From the sequence record PV946933.1: a DNA stretch of 64,000 bases. One strand, written 5' to 3'. Both the position numbers and the translations under genes were made by a program. Positions 52,224 to 64,000 of the stretch are shown here, in pieces; positions within the stretch are counted from its first letter, which is position 1, and the number at the start of each line of letters is the position of its first letter. The DNA comes from a phage. Below the pieces are notes generated by a model. That model made no database searches. It had not been told where the DNA came from and was given only the letters and a program-made list of their open reading frames with translations.

Positions 52224-52886
52224 ATGAAATATTTAATATATCAAATTACTAATATCATCAATGGAAAAATTTACATCGGAGCTCATGCTACTCTTGACGA
52301 AAACGATGGTTATATGGGTTCTGGCGTAAACATCAAAAAATCCATCAAAAAATATGGTATTCATAACTTTAAAAAAGAAATTCTTTATTCTTTCTCCTCA
52401 TCTGAGGAGATGTATAAAATGGAAGCTTTACTAGTCAATGAGGAATTCGTTATGAGAACTGATACTTATAATGCTGCTATTGGTGGTAGAGGAAATCCAG
52501 TTATAGTTCATTTGCAAGATCCTTCATATCGTAATATGTTATCAATGCGAACAAAAGAAGGAATGACTGCGGAAGCTAAACGAAAAATATCAAAGGCAAA
52601 AACAGGCGTTAAGCAATCTGATGAAACTATCGCGAAGCGAGTTAAAGGGCGCAATGAATATTATAAAACACATGTTCATCCACGAAAAAATAAACCTATA
52701 TCGATTTCACATCGTAAAGCTATTTCTGAAAAACTTAGCGGTATTAAAAAATTTATTCCAATATGTATAAAGGGTGTCAAATTTGATAATCCTGATTACG
52801 CAGCGGAGCATTTTAAAGTTAGTCCTAAAACTATTCGCAATTGGATAAATGCGGATGATATGCCTGATTGCTATCGTATAAAATAG
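52224..52886 (+). CDS. segD: GIY-YIG homing endonuclease (SegD-like, between genes 23 and 24)
   Basis: KYLIYQITNIINGKIYIGAH motif; track start 52185 is an alternative ATG. Confidence 0.8.
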   Translation: MKYLIYQITNIINGKIYIGAHATLDENDGYMGSGVNIKKSIKKYGIHNFKKEILYSFSSSEEMYKMEALLVNEEFVMRTDTYNAAIGGRGNPVIVHLQDPSYRNMLSMRTKEGMTAEAKRKISKAKTGVKQSDETIAKRVKGRNEYYKTHVHPRKNKPISISHRKAISEKLSGIKKFIPICIKGVKFDNPDYAAEHFKVSPKTIRNWINADDMPDCYRIK

Positions 52887-52910
52887 AAAAAGGGAACCCG
52901 AAGGTTCCCT
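52881..52910. terminator. bidirectional terminator between segD and gene 23
   Basis: AGGGAACC-CGAA-GGTTCCCT; minus strand followed by TTTTTCTATTT. Confidence 0.75.
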
Positions 52911-52935
52911 AAAATTGTGCTTCTATCGTTAGAGA

Positions 52936-54501
52936 TTAGATACCTTTAACATATACACGTCTAAAGTAAGCGTTTTTACCAAGGCTATTCAGAATAGAAG
53001 GCATACCGCTCTGGATGCGAGAAGCCGGAGCCTGAGCAGCGGATTCTGCAAATGGGTTGATACCGATACCGTAACGAGTTTTGAATCCCATTACTGGTTG
53101 GAAGTTCTTCGGATCGGAACCACGCAGCGGAGTCAGAGCTACATATGGAGCATAGTAAATACCAGCATCCATTTCGTTCGGACCTTTATAACCTACAGTG
53201 AAATAATCCTGTTTAGCATACTGGTCGATATATACACGGTATTTACCACCCAGAACGCCGGCAAATACTGACTTGGTAGTATCAGTGTTAAAGCCGGTAG
53301 CCAGACCCTGTGCAGCATAAGAAATGCCAGTATCAACTGAAGCCAGAACGTTAACTACGTTACGGGAAGCGATAATGAAGTTACCTTCACCACGACCGGT
53401 CTGACGAGCAATTTCAACTGCTTCTTTGTCAATCTGGAACAACAGAGCTTTAAAGGATTCACCCGCCCAGCGAGCACCACGAATATCAATTGGATCCTGG
53501 AAGTCAAATACACCAGCTTTAGAACCCGGAGTCAGGGTCATACCAGATTTACCAACCTGTGCGGAGTAGTTAATCCAATCAACAATTTCACGGTTGATTT
53601 CCAGCATGATTTCGGTAGCCAGAATACCAGACAGTTCAGCATCAGCATCCATACCGTGAACAGCGCGGAGGTCTTGTGCTAATTCGATAGAGTAAGCAGC
53701 TTTCAGCTGGCGAGATTTAGCTTCGATAACTTGCTTATCGATACGGAAGCCCATTTCATTCCATGGGTTATCGGTAGAACCGTTGAAACCTTCCTGGAGT
53801 TCAGCGATAGAAGTAGCCATACCTTCAGCGATTTCTACCAGTACACCAGCTTCCATTTGTTTCTTAATTTCAGCATCTAATTTAGCTGCGTCAGTTGCAC
53901 TAGTATCAATTTGCTTAGCTTCTGTAGCTTGCAGATACACAGTACCAGTGTCCTGGAAGAAGTGGGTGTAAATAGTTCCAACTTCAAGAGTATCACTTGC
54001 TTTCAAAGCAGCGAATTTCTTAGCAGCACCCTGACCAGAGAACATTGCATCTGGACCATACATTGGGTGGAATGCTTCTTTAGCACCGGCAGCGATTGGG
54101 TCTTTACCATATACTGCGCGCAGTGCGAATACCTGACCGGTCGGGCTGTTCATCGGCTGAACACCGCAAATATCGAAAGCAATCAGGTTAGGAATAGCAC
54201 GACGTACCATACCCATAACAGCTGGGCCAATCTGAGTTACTGCGCCAGAAGTCTGACCTGCAGCGATGTTAGTAGCGTTGTAACCGTGGTCACCACCGAT
54301 TTCAGCTTCTGTTAAGAAAGAACCGAACGCCTGAGCGATTTTTTCGTCTTTGTACTCTGGAGCTGTCTGGAAATCTTTTTCCTGGTTTTCAAAGATTTTA
54401 GCGATAATCGCTTGTTTGCTATTAGCAATTTCCGGTAAACCCTCACCTTCCAGTAATGGCTTCCATTTGTTCAAAAGTTCAGCTTTAGTTTTGATAGTCA
54501 T
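52936..54501 (-). CDS. 23: gp23 major capsid protein
   Basis: 521 aa MTIKTKAELLNKWKPLLEGEGLPEIANSKQ... Confidence 0.97.
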   Translation of the reverse strand: MTIKTKAELLNKWKPLLEGEGLPEIANSKQAIIAKIFENQEKDFQTAPEYKDEKIAQAFGSFLTEAEIGGDHGYNATNIAAGQTSGAVTQIGPAVMGMVRRAIPNLIAFDICGVQPMNSPTGQVFALRAVYGKDPIAAGAKEAFHPMYGPDAMFSGQGAAKKFAALKASDTLEVGTIYTHFFQDTGTVYLQATEAKQIDTSATDAAKLDAEIKKQMEAGVLVEIAEGMATSIAELQEGFNGSTDNPWNEMGFRIDKQVIEAKSRQLKAAYSIELAQDLRAVHGMDADAELSGILATEIMLEINREIVDWINYSAQVGKSGMTLTPGSKAGVFDFQDPIDIRGARWAGESFKALLFQIDKEAVEIARQTGRGEGNFIIASRNVVNVLASVDTGISYAAQGLATGFNTDTTKSVFAGVLGGKYRVYIDQYAKQDYFTVGYKGPNEMDAGIYYAPYVALTPLRGSDPKNFQPVMGFKTRYGIGINPFAESAAQAPASRIQSGMPSILNSLGKNAYFRRVYVKGI

Positions 54502-54519
54502 TTGTGTTAACCTTTAAAA

Positions 54520-55329
54520 TTAGAAACGAGATGCGACTTTCGCATATACACTTACAATATCTTCTGCACCAGGTGCAGTTTTATCTTCTACAGCTTCAGT
54601 GACGAAATTCAGTCCGGCTGCTTCAGTATCAGGAGTATTTATACCCTCAGTAATAGTGCTTTCATCTTTATTAGACTTCTTCACCATTTCTACGATGGCA
54701 CTCAATTTATTTGAGAATTCATCTGAATAATCCATACCTTCGACCAGAGCAGAGACTTTTTCTTTTTGAGACTCAGTCAGATCTTTAGTACTTTCGCTCA
54801 ATGCCACTTCACGCTGCACATAATTGATATATGCGTCGCGCATATTGAGTTCTTCGAACAGACGAGCTGATTCTTCTTTATGTTCTTGCAGCTCTTCTTC
54901 CATTTCAGCCACAACATCAACTGATTCTTCTGGAACAACAACGTTGTGTTCAACAAAGAGCTCTTTTAATCCACCAAGCATGGATTCAAACAGTTCGGCT
55001 TTGATGCCTTTATCAACTGCTAATTTATTTTCAGCGAGCCATTCTTTCGCAAGATGGTCGATGAATTTAGAAGCTTGCTCAGCGATTTTCTTCTCAGCTT
55101 TTTCTTCGGCTTCTTCTTTATTTTTTTCTACTTCTTCTTCTGCTTTTTCAGCAATTTTAGCGATATGAGATTCAGCTAATTTAACGGCGTGCTGCTTGAC
55201 GGTAGCTTCGAATACAGTGCCGAAAGTTTCTTTTGCTTCCGGAGAAATATTAACTGATTCGAAAATACTATCAAGAGCAACGGAAGCATCAATTTTTTGC
55301 GCTTCAGCAATCAGTTGTTCTTTAAGCAT
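54520..55329 (-). CDS. 22: gp22 prohead core scaffold protein
   Basis: 269 aa, Glu/Lys-rich. Confidence 0.93.
   Translation of the reverse strand: MLKEQLIAEAQKIDASVALDSIFESVNISPEAKETFGTVFEATVKQHAVKLAESHIAKIAEKAEEEVEKNKEEAEEKAEKKIAEQASKFIDHLAKEWLAENKLAVDKGIKAELFESMLGGLKELFVEHNVVVPEESVDVVAEMEEELQEHKEESARLFEELNMRDAYINYVQREVALSESTKDLTESQKEKVSALVEGMDYSDEFSNKLSAIVEMVKKSNKDESTITEGINTPDTEAAGLNFVTEAVEDKTAPGAEDIVSVYAKVASRF
54636..54643 (-). promoter_or_regulatory. candidate late promoter TATAAATACTCCTGA inside 3' end of gene 22 (gene 23 promoter)
   Basis: plus-strand TATTTATA; ~135 bp upstream of gp23 ATG. Confidence 0.4.
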
Positions 55330-55356
55330 TTTGTAGTCCTGTTGTTTAGATAATAA

Positions 55357-55364
55357 TATTTATA
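55357..55364 (-). promoter_or_regulatory. late promoter TATAAATA for gene 22, overlapping gene 21 stop
   Basis: plus-strand TATTTATA 28 bp upstream of gp22 ATG. Confidence 0.6.
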
Positions 55365-55998
55365 ACGCTTTTTTCATGGCCTCTGCGAGAGCCATATAGG
55401 CGTCATCGGCACTTGTATCGGCTTCCGCCGTCTGTGATTCGGTAATTTCCTTAGGAGTTACCCATGCATCTGGAGCACTTGGACCCCATACTGCATCAAC
55501 ACCTACAGTTAATTTGAATCCTTCGTTTACGATACGATAACCTTTATTTGTGTCAGTCAATGAACCTAATCCACGAGAAGAAACTCCTGGAATCCATCCG
55601 GCACGAATATTAGCTGCTAATTTATCTCCAGGACCGTGGTCACCTTCAATAACACGAGCTCGTCCGTATACGTCATTTCCTTTCCACCACATATCTTCTA
55701 TAATGATAGCGGCTTGCATCGGGTCAACATTAGCGCGTGGAGGATGATTTAATTCTCCGAGAGCTTGTTTAGTTAAAACTTGCTCATTAATATAGTCTTT
55801 TACCGCTTTTTCTAATATGCGTTTTGGATAAAGACGTTTATTTCTATTGACGACTTCCGCTTGCATGAATATTCCTTCGATGTATAAACCCGGTTTTAAA
55901 CCTAAGTCTTTTCCATCGTGGGATTCAAGCATTGGCACACCATCAATAATTTCGCCAGGTTGACCCCAAGTTTCAATTAGTAATTGGGGTTCATTCAT
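55360..55998 (-). CDS. 21: gp21 prohead core protease
   Basis: 212 aa. Confidence 0.95.
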   Translation of the reverse strand: MNEPQLLIETWGQPGEIIDGVPMLESHDGKDLGLKPGLYIEGIFMQAEVVNRNKRLYPKRILEKAVKDYINEQVLTKQALGELNHPPRANVDPMQAAIIIEDMWWKGNDVYGRARVIEGDHGPGDKLAANIRAGWIPGVSSRGLGSLTDTNKGYRIVNEGFKLTVGVDAVWGPSAPDAWVTPKEITESQTAEADTSADDAYMALAEAMKKAL

Positions 55999-56423
55999 TA
56001 GCTTAATCCTAATGCTTTACGGCGTTTAAGAGCTTTTTTACGCTTACGCTGAGCACGAGATTGACCTGCTGGATTGGCAATCTTCGTTTTGGTAGCTTTG
56101 CGAGCAATTTGTCTACGTTTTGCTTTAGACAGCCCAGTGGTTTGAAATGCATTACGTTCGCGTGTTTTGCGGTCTTTAGTACGTGTAATTTCACCACGAG
56201 CTGAAACATGCTTAACAATGAATTCATTTAACGGCATATTTTCATTAATAGAAGCTAATGCAACTGCTAAATCAGTTTCATCATCAAGCATATTCTCGAC
56301 AATTGTATTTATATCGTCTTTATTTAAAGCAGAAGACAATTCGTCAAAGCGACCCTGTGCTTCAGGAATAAGTGCTTCGACATTCTCGAGAACTAATTCA
56401 TGAGTTTCAGGGATCAGAAGCAT
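55998..56423 (-). CDS. 68: gp68 prohead core protein
   Basis: 141 aa, basic C-terminus. Confidence 0.85.
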
Positions 56424-56667
56424 TATTCATCATCCTCGTCTTCGTCATCTTCGTCAGAGTCTTTGTCTTTTTTGTCGTCTTTATCATCACCATCTTCGTC
56501 TTCATCATCCTCGTCTTCAGGTTCTTCACCTTCGATTAAGAAATTACGAGCGATAGCGATTTTTTCTTCTTTAATTAAATCAATCGTTCTTGCAGCCATG
56601 GCTTCAGCAAATAATTTACGAGCGGCTACGAGGTCGTTTGATTTAATAGCTTCAATTAAACCTTCCA

Positions 56668-56668
<1 letters not shown>
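56423..56668 (-). CDS. 67: gp67 prohead core protein
   Basis: 81 aa with poly-acidic tract [15 protein letters not shown]. Confidence 0.85.
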
Positions 56669-58293
<1,625 letters not shown>

Positions 58294-58302
58294 TTAAGCA
58301 GG

Positions 58303-58320
58303 ATGGGGATTTCTCCCCAT
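58303..58320 (-). promoter_or_regulatory. hairpin ATGGGGA-GAAA-TCCCCAT just after gene 19 stop
   Basis: 7-bp stem with GNRA loop, no U-run. Confidence 0.45.
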
Positions 58321-58325
58321 TCATT

Positions 58326-58817
58326 TTATTCCCAATAATCGAGAGCGAGAGTTACTTCAAAGGTTTGGATTTCATTGTTTGAATCCCAATCTAATTGAAG
58401 TTCACCCACGTTGGTAGGCCACAAGCCTTTAATTTCGACTTCTTTTGTTACAGTTTTAGCGTCACGAGCATATTGGCGAACAACAGCGCTCTTTTTATAC
58501 TCTGCTGGTTTTCCACCAGTAATTTCGTTCCCTTGCCCAGCAGCAATGCTTTGCCAGTCAACAAACTTCTGGCGAGCATCATGTGCCTCATCGTTCATTA
58601 CTGTAACAGTCCAGTCATCGAATGTACGATCGCCTGCTACGTTAATTTTACGGTTCATAAATCCGACTGGAATTTTTTCTACAATACCAGCTGGTAAAGC
58701 AGTGGCTTTACATTGAAACGTAAAATTTTGTCCAAGATAAGAAATTTCTACTTGGAATAAGTTAGGTCGAGCAAAATCACCAGATTCAAACGCTCGTGTT
58801 ACATCATCTACAAACAT
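58326..58817 (-). CDS. 19: gp19 tail tube protein
   Basis: 163 aa MFVDDVTRAFESGDFARPNLFQVEISYLG... Confidence 0.96.
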   Translation of the reverse strand: MFVDDVTRAFESGDFARPNLFQVEISYLGQNFTFQCKATALPAGIVEKIPVGFMNRKINVAGDRTFDDWTVTVMNDEAHDARQKFVDWQSIAAGQGNEITGGKPAEYKKSAVVRQYARDAKTVTKEVEIKGLWPTNVGELQLDWDSNNEIQTFEVTLALDYWE

Positions 58818-58831
58818 ATTAGCCTCTGTAG

Positions 58832-58839
58832 TATTTATA
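58832..58839 (-). promoter_or_regulatory. late promoter TATAAATA for gene 19 (proximal copy)
   Basis: plus-strand TATTTATA 15 bp upstream of ATG. Confidence 0.6.
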
Positions 58840-58890
58840 TCCCTATGTTTAACCTAGGGCATATAGAATTAAAGAATTAAGGATATAGTG

Positions 58891-58898
58891 TATTTATA
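58891..58898 (-). promoter_or_regulatory. second late promoter TATAAATA (distal copy), next to hairpin GGCCTG..CAGGCC 58900-58917
   Basis: plus-strand GTATTTATAT repeated 60 bp from proximal copy. Confidence 0.5.
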
Positions 58899-58924
58899 TG
58901 GCCTGCCGAAACAGGCCTTTAGAA

Positions 58925-59530
58925 TCATTCTAGTAAATCCCAAAGATCTACGCTATTTCTTTTTGACTTTTCTCGGTTAGATTCCCAAGTGATTATTTCT
59001 AAATTTTTTACGCTTGCTATAATTTCCGGCGGAATTAAATTATCAAATCCATATTTGATAGATACTTTATGATCGAGTTGGTAAGCACCTTCTACACCGC
59101 ACACTCCTATTTTATCAGCATTCGGCCATTTTGACCAAATTTTTCTTATTTTAGCTGACTTAGTTATAGAATGAACTCTACTAGCATATAATGCAAACTC
59201 TTTTCTTTTACCAGTCCATCGAGGATGTTTATCGCCTCTTTGCCATGGTCTGCTTATTCCGGATTGAACTTCCGAATTTTTAATAGCAACTTGTTTAATG
59301 CTGCATTTTCTACACGCATGTGTGGGTGTTCTATTTAAAAGCTGAATGCTTCTACTAAATTTAATACCGCATAAATCACATTTAGCGTCAACTATTTTAT
59401 TACTATTCTTTGGCATTAATTCTATTGGAACAGATACTGTATCATGATATGATACTTCATATCCTAGAATTGCCGACCACATTTTTGAATGATTTCTTGG
59501 TTTTATTGTAACAAACTTAGAAATAATCAC
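58925..59530 (-). CDS. free-standing HNH homing endonuclease with zinc-finger-like CxxC pairs
   Basis: CDLCG...CRKC and HNH-like LDHKVSIKYGFDN...N; likely GTG start 59530 after SD GAGGA (track TTG 59569 overlaps gp18 terminator). Confidence 0.65.
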   Translation of the reverse strand: MIISKFVTIKPRNHSKMWSAILGYEVSYHDTVSVPIELMPKNSNKIVDAKCDLCGIKFSRSIQLLNRTPTHACRKCSIKQVAIKNSEVQSGISRPWQRGDKHPRWTGKRKEFALYASRVHSITKSAKIRKIWSKWPNADKIGVCGVEGAYQLDHKVSIKYGFDNLIPPEIIASVKNLEIITWESNREKSKRNSVDLWDLLE

Positions 59531-59547
59531 TTGTTTCCTCGAGAATA

Positions 59548-59561
59548 GGGGCCGAAGCCCC
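59548..59561 (-). terminator. hairpin GGGGC-TTCG-GCCCC after gene 18
   Basis: 5-bp GC stem with UUCG loop then U-rich tract. Confidence 0.6.
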
Positions 59562-59569
59562 ACAATCAA

Positions 59570-61549
59570 TTAACCTGCAAGACCAGTTAACTCATCGAAA
59601 TCTGCACCAGTAGCAGTTGCGACGAAATTAAGTTGGATATAATTTATACTACGAGCCGGTTGGATGTAGAATGTTGCAACAAACTCATTTCTATCAATTA
59701 CTGACGGAGTGTTATTTGTTGTATCGCAAACTACACGATATTCATAAATTCCACCGAGAGCTTTAATTCCCTGTAAGTATTGGGCAGTTTCTGTGCGGAA
59801 TGATGAACGAGTAAACGCGTTGTTTAATTCGAACAAACGATATTTTGAACTACGTCCGATATTCGTTTTCAACATATTAAACAGACGACGAACGTTAATA
59901 CGATCAAATGGAGAAGGAACAGAAGTAGCTGTTTTATCACCATACAATACGTAACCATCACCACCTGTACCAGTTACTGGGTTGATAGCTTCTTGGTATA
60001 AACGGTCGCGCTGAGCTTGGCGAGTTTCAATAGCAAGTTTAATAACGTTAAGAATCTGACCACGATTATAACCAGCTGGAGACATCCAAGTCTGAGAAAC
60101 GTTATCAGTTCTTGCGCATAAACCGGCAATATCAGCTGCTAATGGAACCCAGCGATTGACATCATTATATTTGTCATATTGATATTTGTAGTTACCATCA
60201 ATTGCTGCGTAGGTTGAACTGATATTAAAGTTATTATCAGTGTATGAACCTGCTGCAGTTCTCCAATTGACTAAGTTATCAACAGCACGAGTTACAGGAA
60301 TTCCAACTACAGTTTCACGCGGTGGTGAGCACAATACTAAGCAATCTTGGCGAGCATCCCCAATTGAAACGACGTGTTTTTGGACAGTAGATGCTGTTTC
60401 TAAAGATTCACCGGCACAAGAACCCGCAATAAACAGCTGAACGTCAACGGATTCACGGTCAGCAAAGAAGTCCCAAGCTTCCATTAAATCTCCTGCTGTT
60501 ACTTCAGCATTTGATGATAATCCACCAGACAGAGTTAAAATTCCAGAGAAGCCTTCTGGCCAGTTTTGTGCAGTTGCAAAAATATATTCTGAACCACCTT
60601 TTGCGAAAAAGTCATCAATATAGATGTTACTATCGTAAATATCTTTTTCGCCACGCTTTGTTGAAAGAACGACGCTTTGAACAATAGCATCATTGCGACG
60701 AACTATAATAGCGTATTGCGAATCAGTTTGTGGTCCATATCCAAACACTGCTTTGGCAGTAGATGCGCGTGTTCCGCCACCTGGATAAATTGGGAGTAAT
60801 GCAGAAGCTCCTTTTGCGTAGTCAGCTTTAGATACGATTTCGATTTCGATTTTATCGCCCAACTCGCCTGGATAAAGAGCTACTACTCCTGGAATTCCAT
60901 ATTTTTCGAGATTTGTTTGAAATTCAACTGCTGTCATAGCAGCTTCAGCATTTTCAATCTCAGCTAATAAAATACCGGAATCAGTAATAATTTTTCCAAG
61001 AGTTATTACTGCAGCTAAACCAGAGGAAGACGAAGAAATTTCCGCGGTCCAGTTAGAACCTAATGCTGGATATTCACCGACTTCTTTCGCTTTAGCGATA
61101 ATTTTTGCGGTAGGAATATTAATTTTCTTAATTTTTCCATCAGCATCTACTTCGGTAATTTTACACTCTGTTTCAACATCTTCTGAAACATACTTAACCG
61201 TGATTTTATCTCCAACCGCGTAGTTACTACCTGGGGTAGAAATAGTGTATTCAATATTACCAGCAATCGGAGATGAGTTTTTAGCGGTATCTCTATCGAC
61301 AGCACGCACAACTCGCAAATCATTTCCGTATTGTAAGAAATTCATTGCAGACATAAAATAGTCAGCAGTTTCAGCTGTAGGTTGACCAAAAGTATTAACT
61401 AAATCTACTTCATTTGTAACCTGTTTAATTTGAAAAGCAGGACCCCACTGGAATTTACCGGCCAAAGCTGCTGTACCAGTAGAGTTATTAACCACGGTGC
61501 TTTGAACCGTAGTTTCTTTGAGCTCAATGCCCGGAGATAATAAAGTCAT
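59570..61549 (-). CDS. 18: gp18 contractile tail sheath protein
   Basis: 659 aa MTLLSPGIELKETTVQSTVVNNSTGTAAL... Confidence 0.97.
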   Translation of the reverse strand: MTLLSPGIELKETTVQSTVVNNSTGTAALAGKFQWGPAFQIKQVTNEVDLVNTFGQPTAETADYFMSAMNFLQYGNDLRVVRAVDRDTAKNSSPIAGNIEYTISTPGSNYAVGDKITVKYVSEDVETECKITEVDADGKIKKINIPTAKIIAKAKEVGEYPALGSNWTAEISSSSSGLAAVITLGKIITDSGILLAEIENAEAAMTAVEFQTNLEKYGIPGVVALYPGELGDKIEIEIVSKADYAKGASALLPIYPGGGTRASTAKAVFGYGPQTDSQYAIIVRRNDAIVQSVVLSTKRGEKDIYDSNIYIDDFFAKGGSEYIFATAQNWPEGFSGILTLSGGLSSNAEVTAGDLMEAWDFFADRESVDVQLFIAGSCAGESLETASTVQKHVVSIGDARQDCLVLCSPPRETVVGIPVTRAVDNLVNWRTAAGSYTDNNFNISSTYAAIDGNYKYQYDKYNDVNRWVPLAADIAGLCARTDNVSQTWMSPAGYNRGQILNVIKLAIETRQAQRDRLYQEAINPVTGTGGDGYVLYGDKTATSVPSPFDRINVRRLFNMLKTNIGRSSKYRLFELNNAFTRSSFRTETAQYLQGIKALGGIYEYRVVCDTTNNTPSVIDRNEFVATFYIQPARSINYIQLNFVATATGADFDELTGLAG

Positions 61550-61567
61550 TTTTAATCCTCTTTAATA

Positions 61568-61575
61568 TGCTTTAA
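61568..61575 (-). promoter_or_regulatory. late promoter TATAAATA for gene 18
   Basis: plus-strand TATTTATA 19 bp upstream of ATG. Confidence 0.6.
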
Positions 61576-61580
61576 TATAT

Positions 61581-64000
<2,420 letters not shown>

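Noticed and set aside
54824-55168. Plus-strand Ser-rich ORF inside gene 22
   Set aside because: Antisense shadow of the Glu/Lys-rich gp22 scaffold gene.

Overview
This window is a contiguous piece of a T4-like (T-even) Escherichia phage genome, read on the strand opposite to the usual T4 map. Gene identities rest on recognising the translated ORFs as near-identical to T4 proteins from memory, plus conserved gene order; no database search was run. Content, left to right: (1) long-tail-fibre operon 38-37-36-35-34 on the minus strand, with a T2-type glycine-rich gp38 adhesin and a gp37 carrying a C-terminal chaperone-like domain; (2) a plus-strand early/middle block rnh, dsbA, 33, 59, 32, frd.x ORFs, frd, td, nrdA, nrdB, denA, rnlA, alc, spanins, pseT, cd, 31, rIII, 30.9-30.1, DNA ligase, alt; (3) a late block with baseplate genes 54-48-29-28-27-51 (minus) and 26-25 (plus), uvsY, uvsW, inh, hoc, rnlB, then 24, segD, 23, 22, 21, 68, 67, 20, 19, 18, 17, 16 and the 3' end of 15. 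Many T4-type late promoters (TATAAATA), early promoters (GTTTAC, 17-18 bp, TAnnAT), MotA-box middle promoters and GC-rich tetraloop hairpins are visible. No CRISPR, tRNA or rRNA was found. I do not see a clearly novel multi-gene system. The features that differ from the T4 reference are: a 419-bp insertion with one unknown ORF exactly at the frd/td junction; a free-standing HNH endonuclease gene between 18 and 19; two tandem full-length Alt-like ADP-ribosyltransferase genes; a ~53-bp early-promoter/hairpin module present twice; intron-less td and nrdB; and a two-Ig-domain Hoc.
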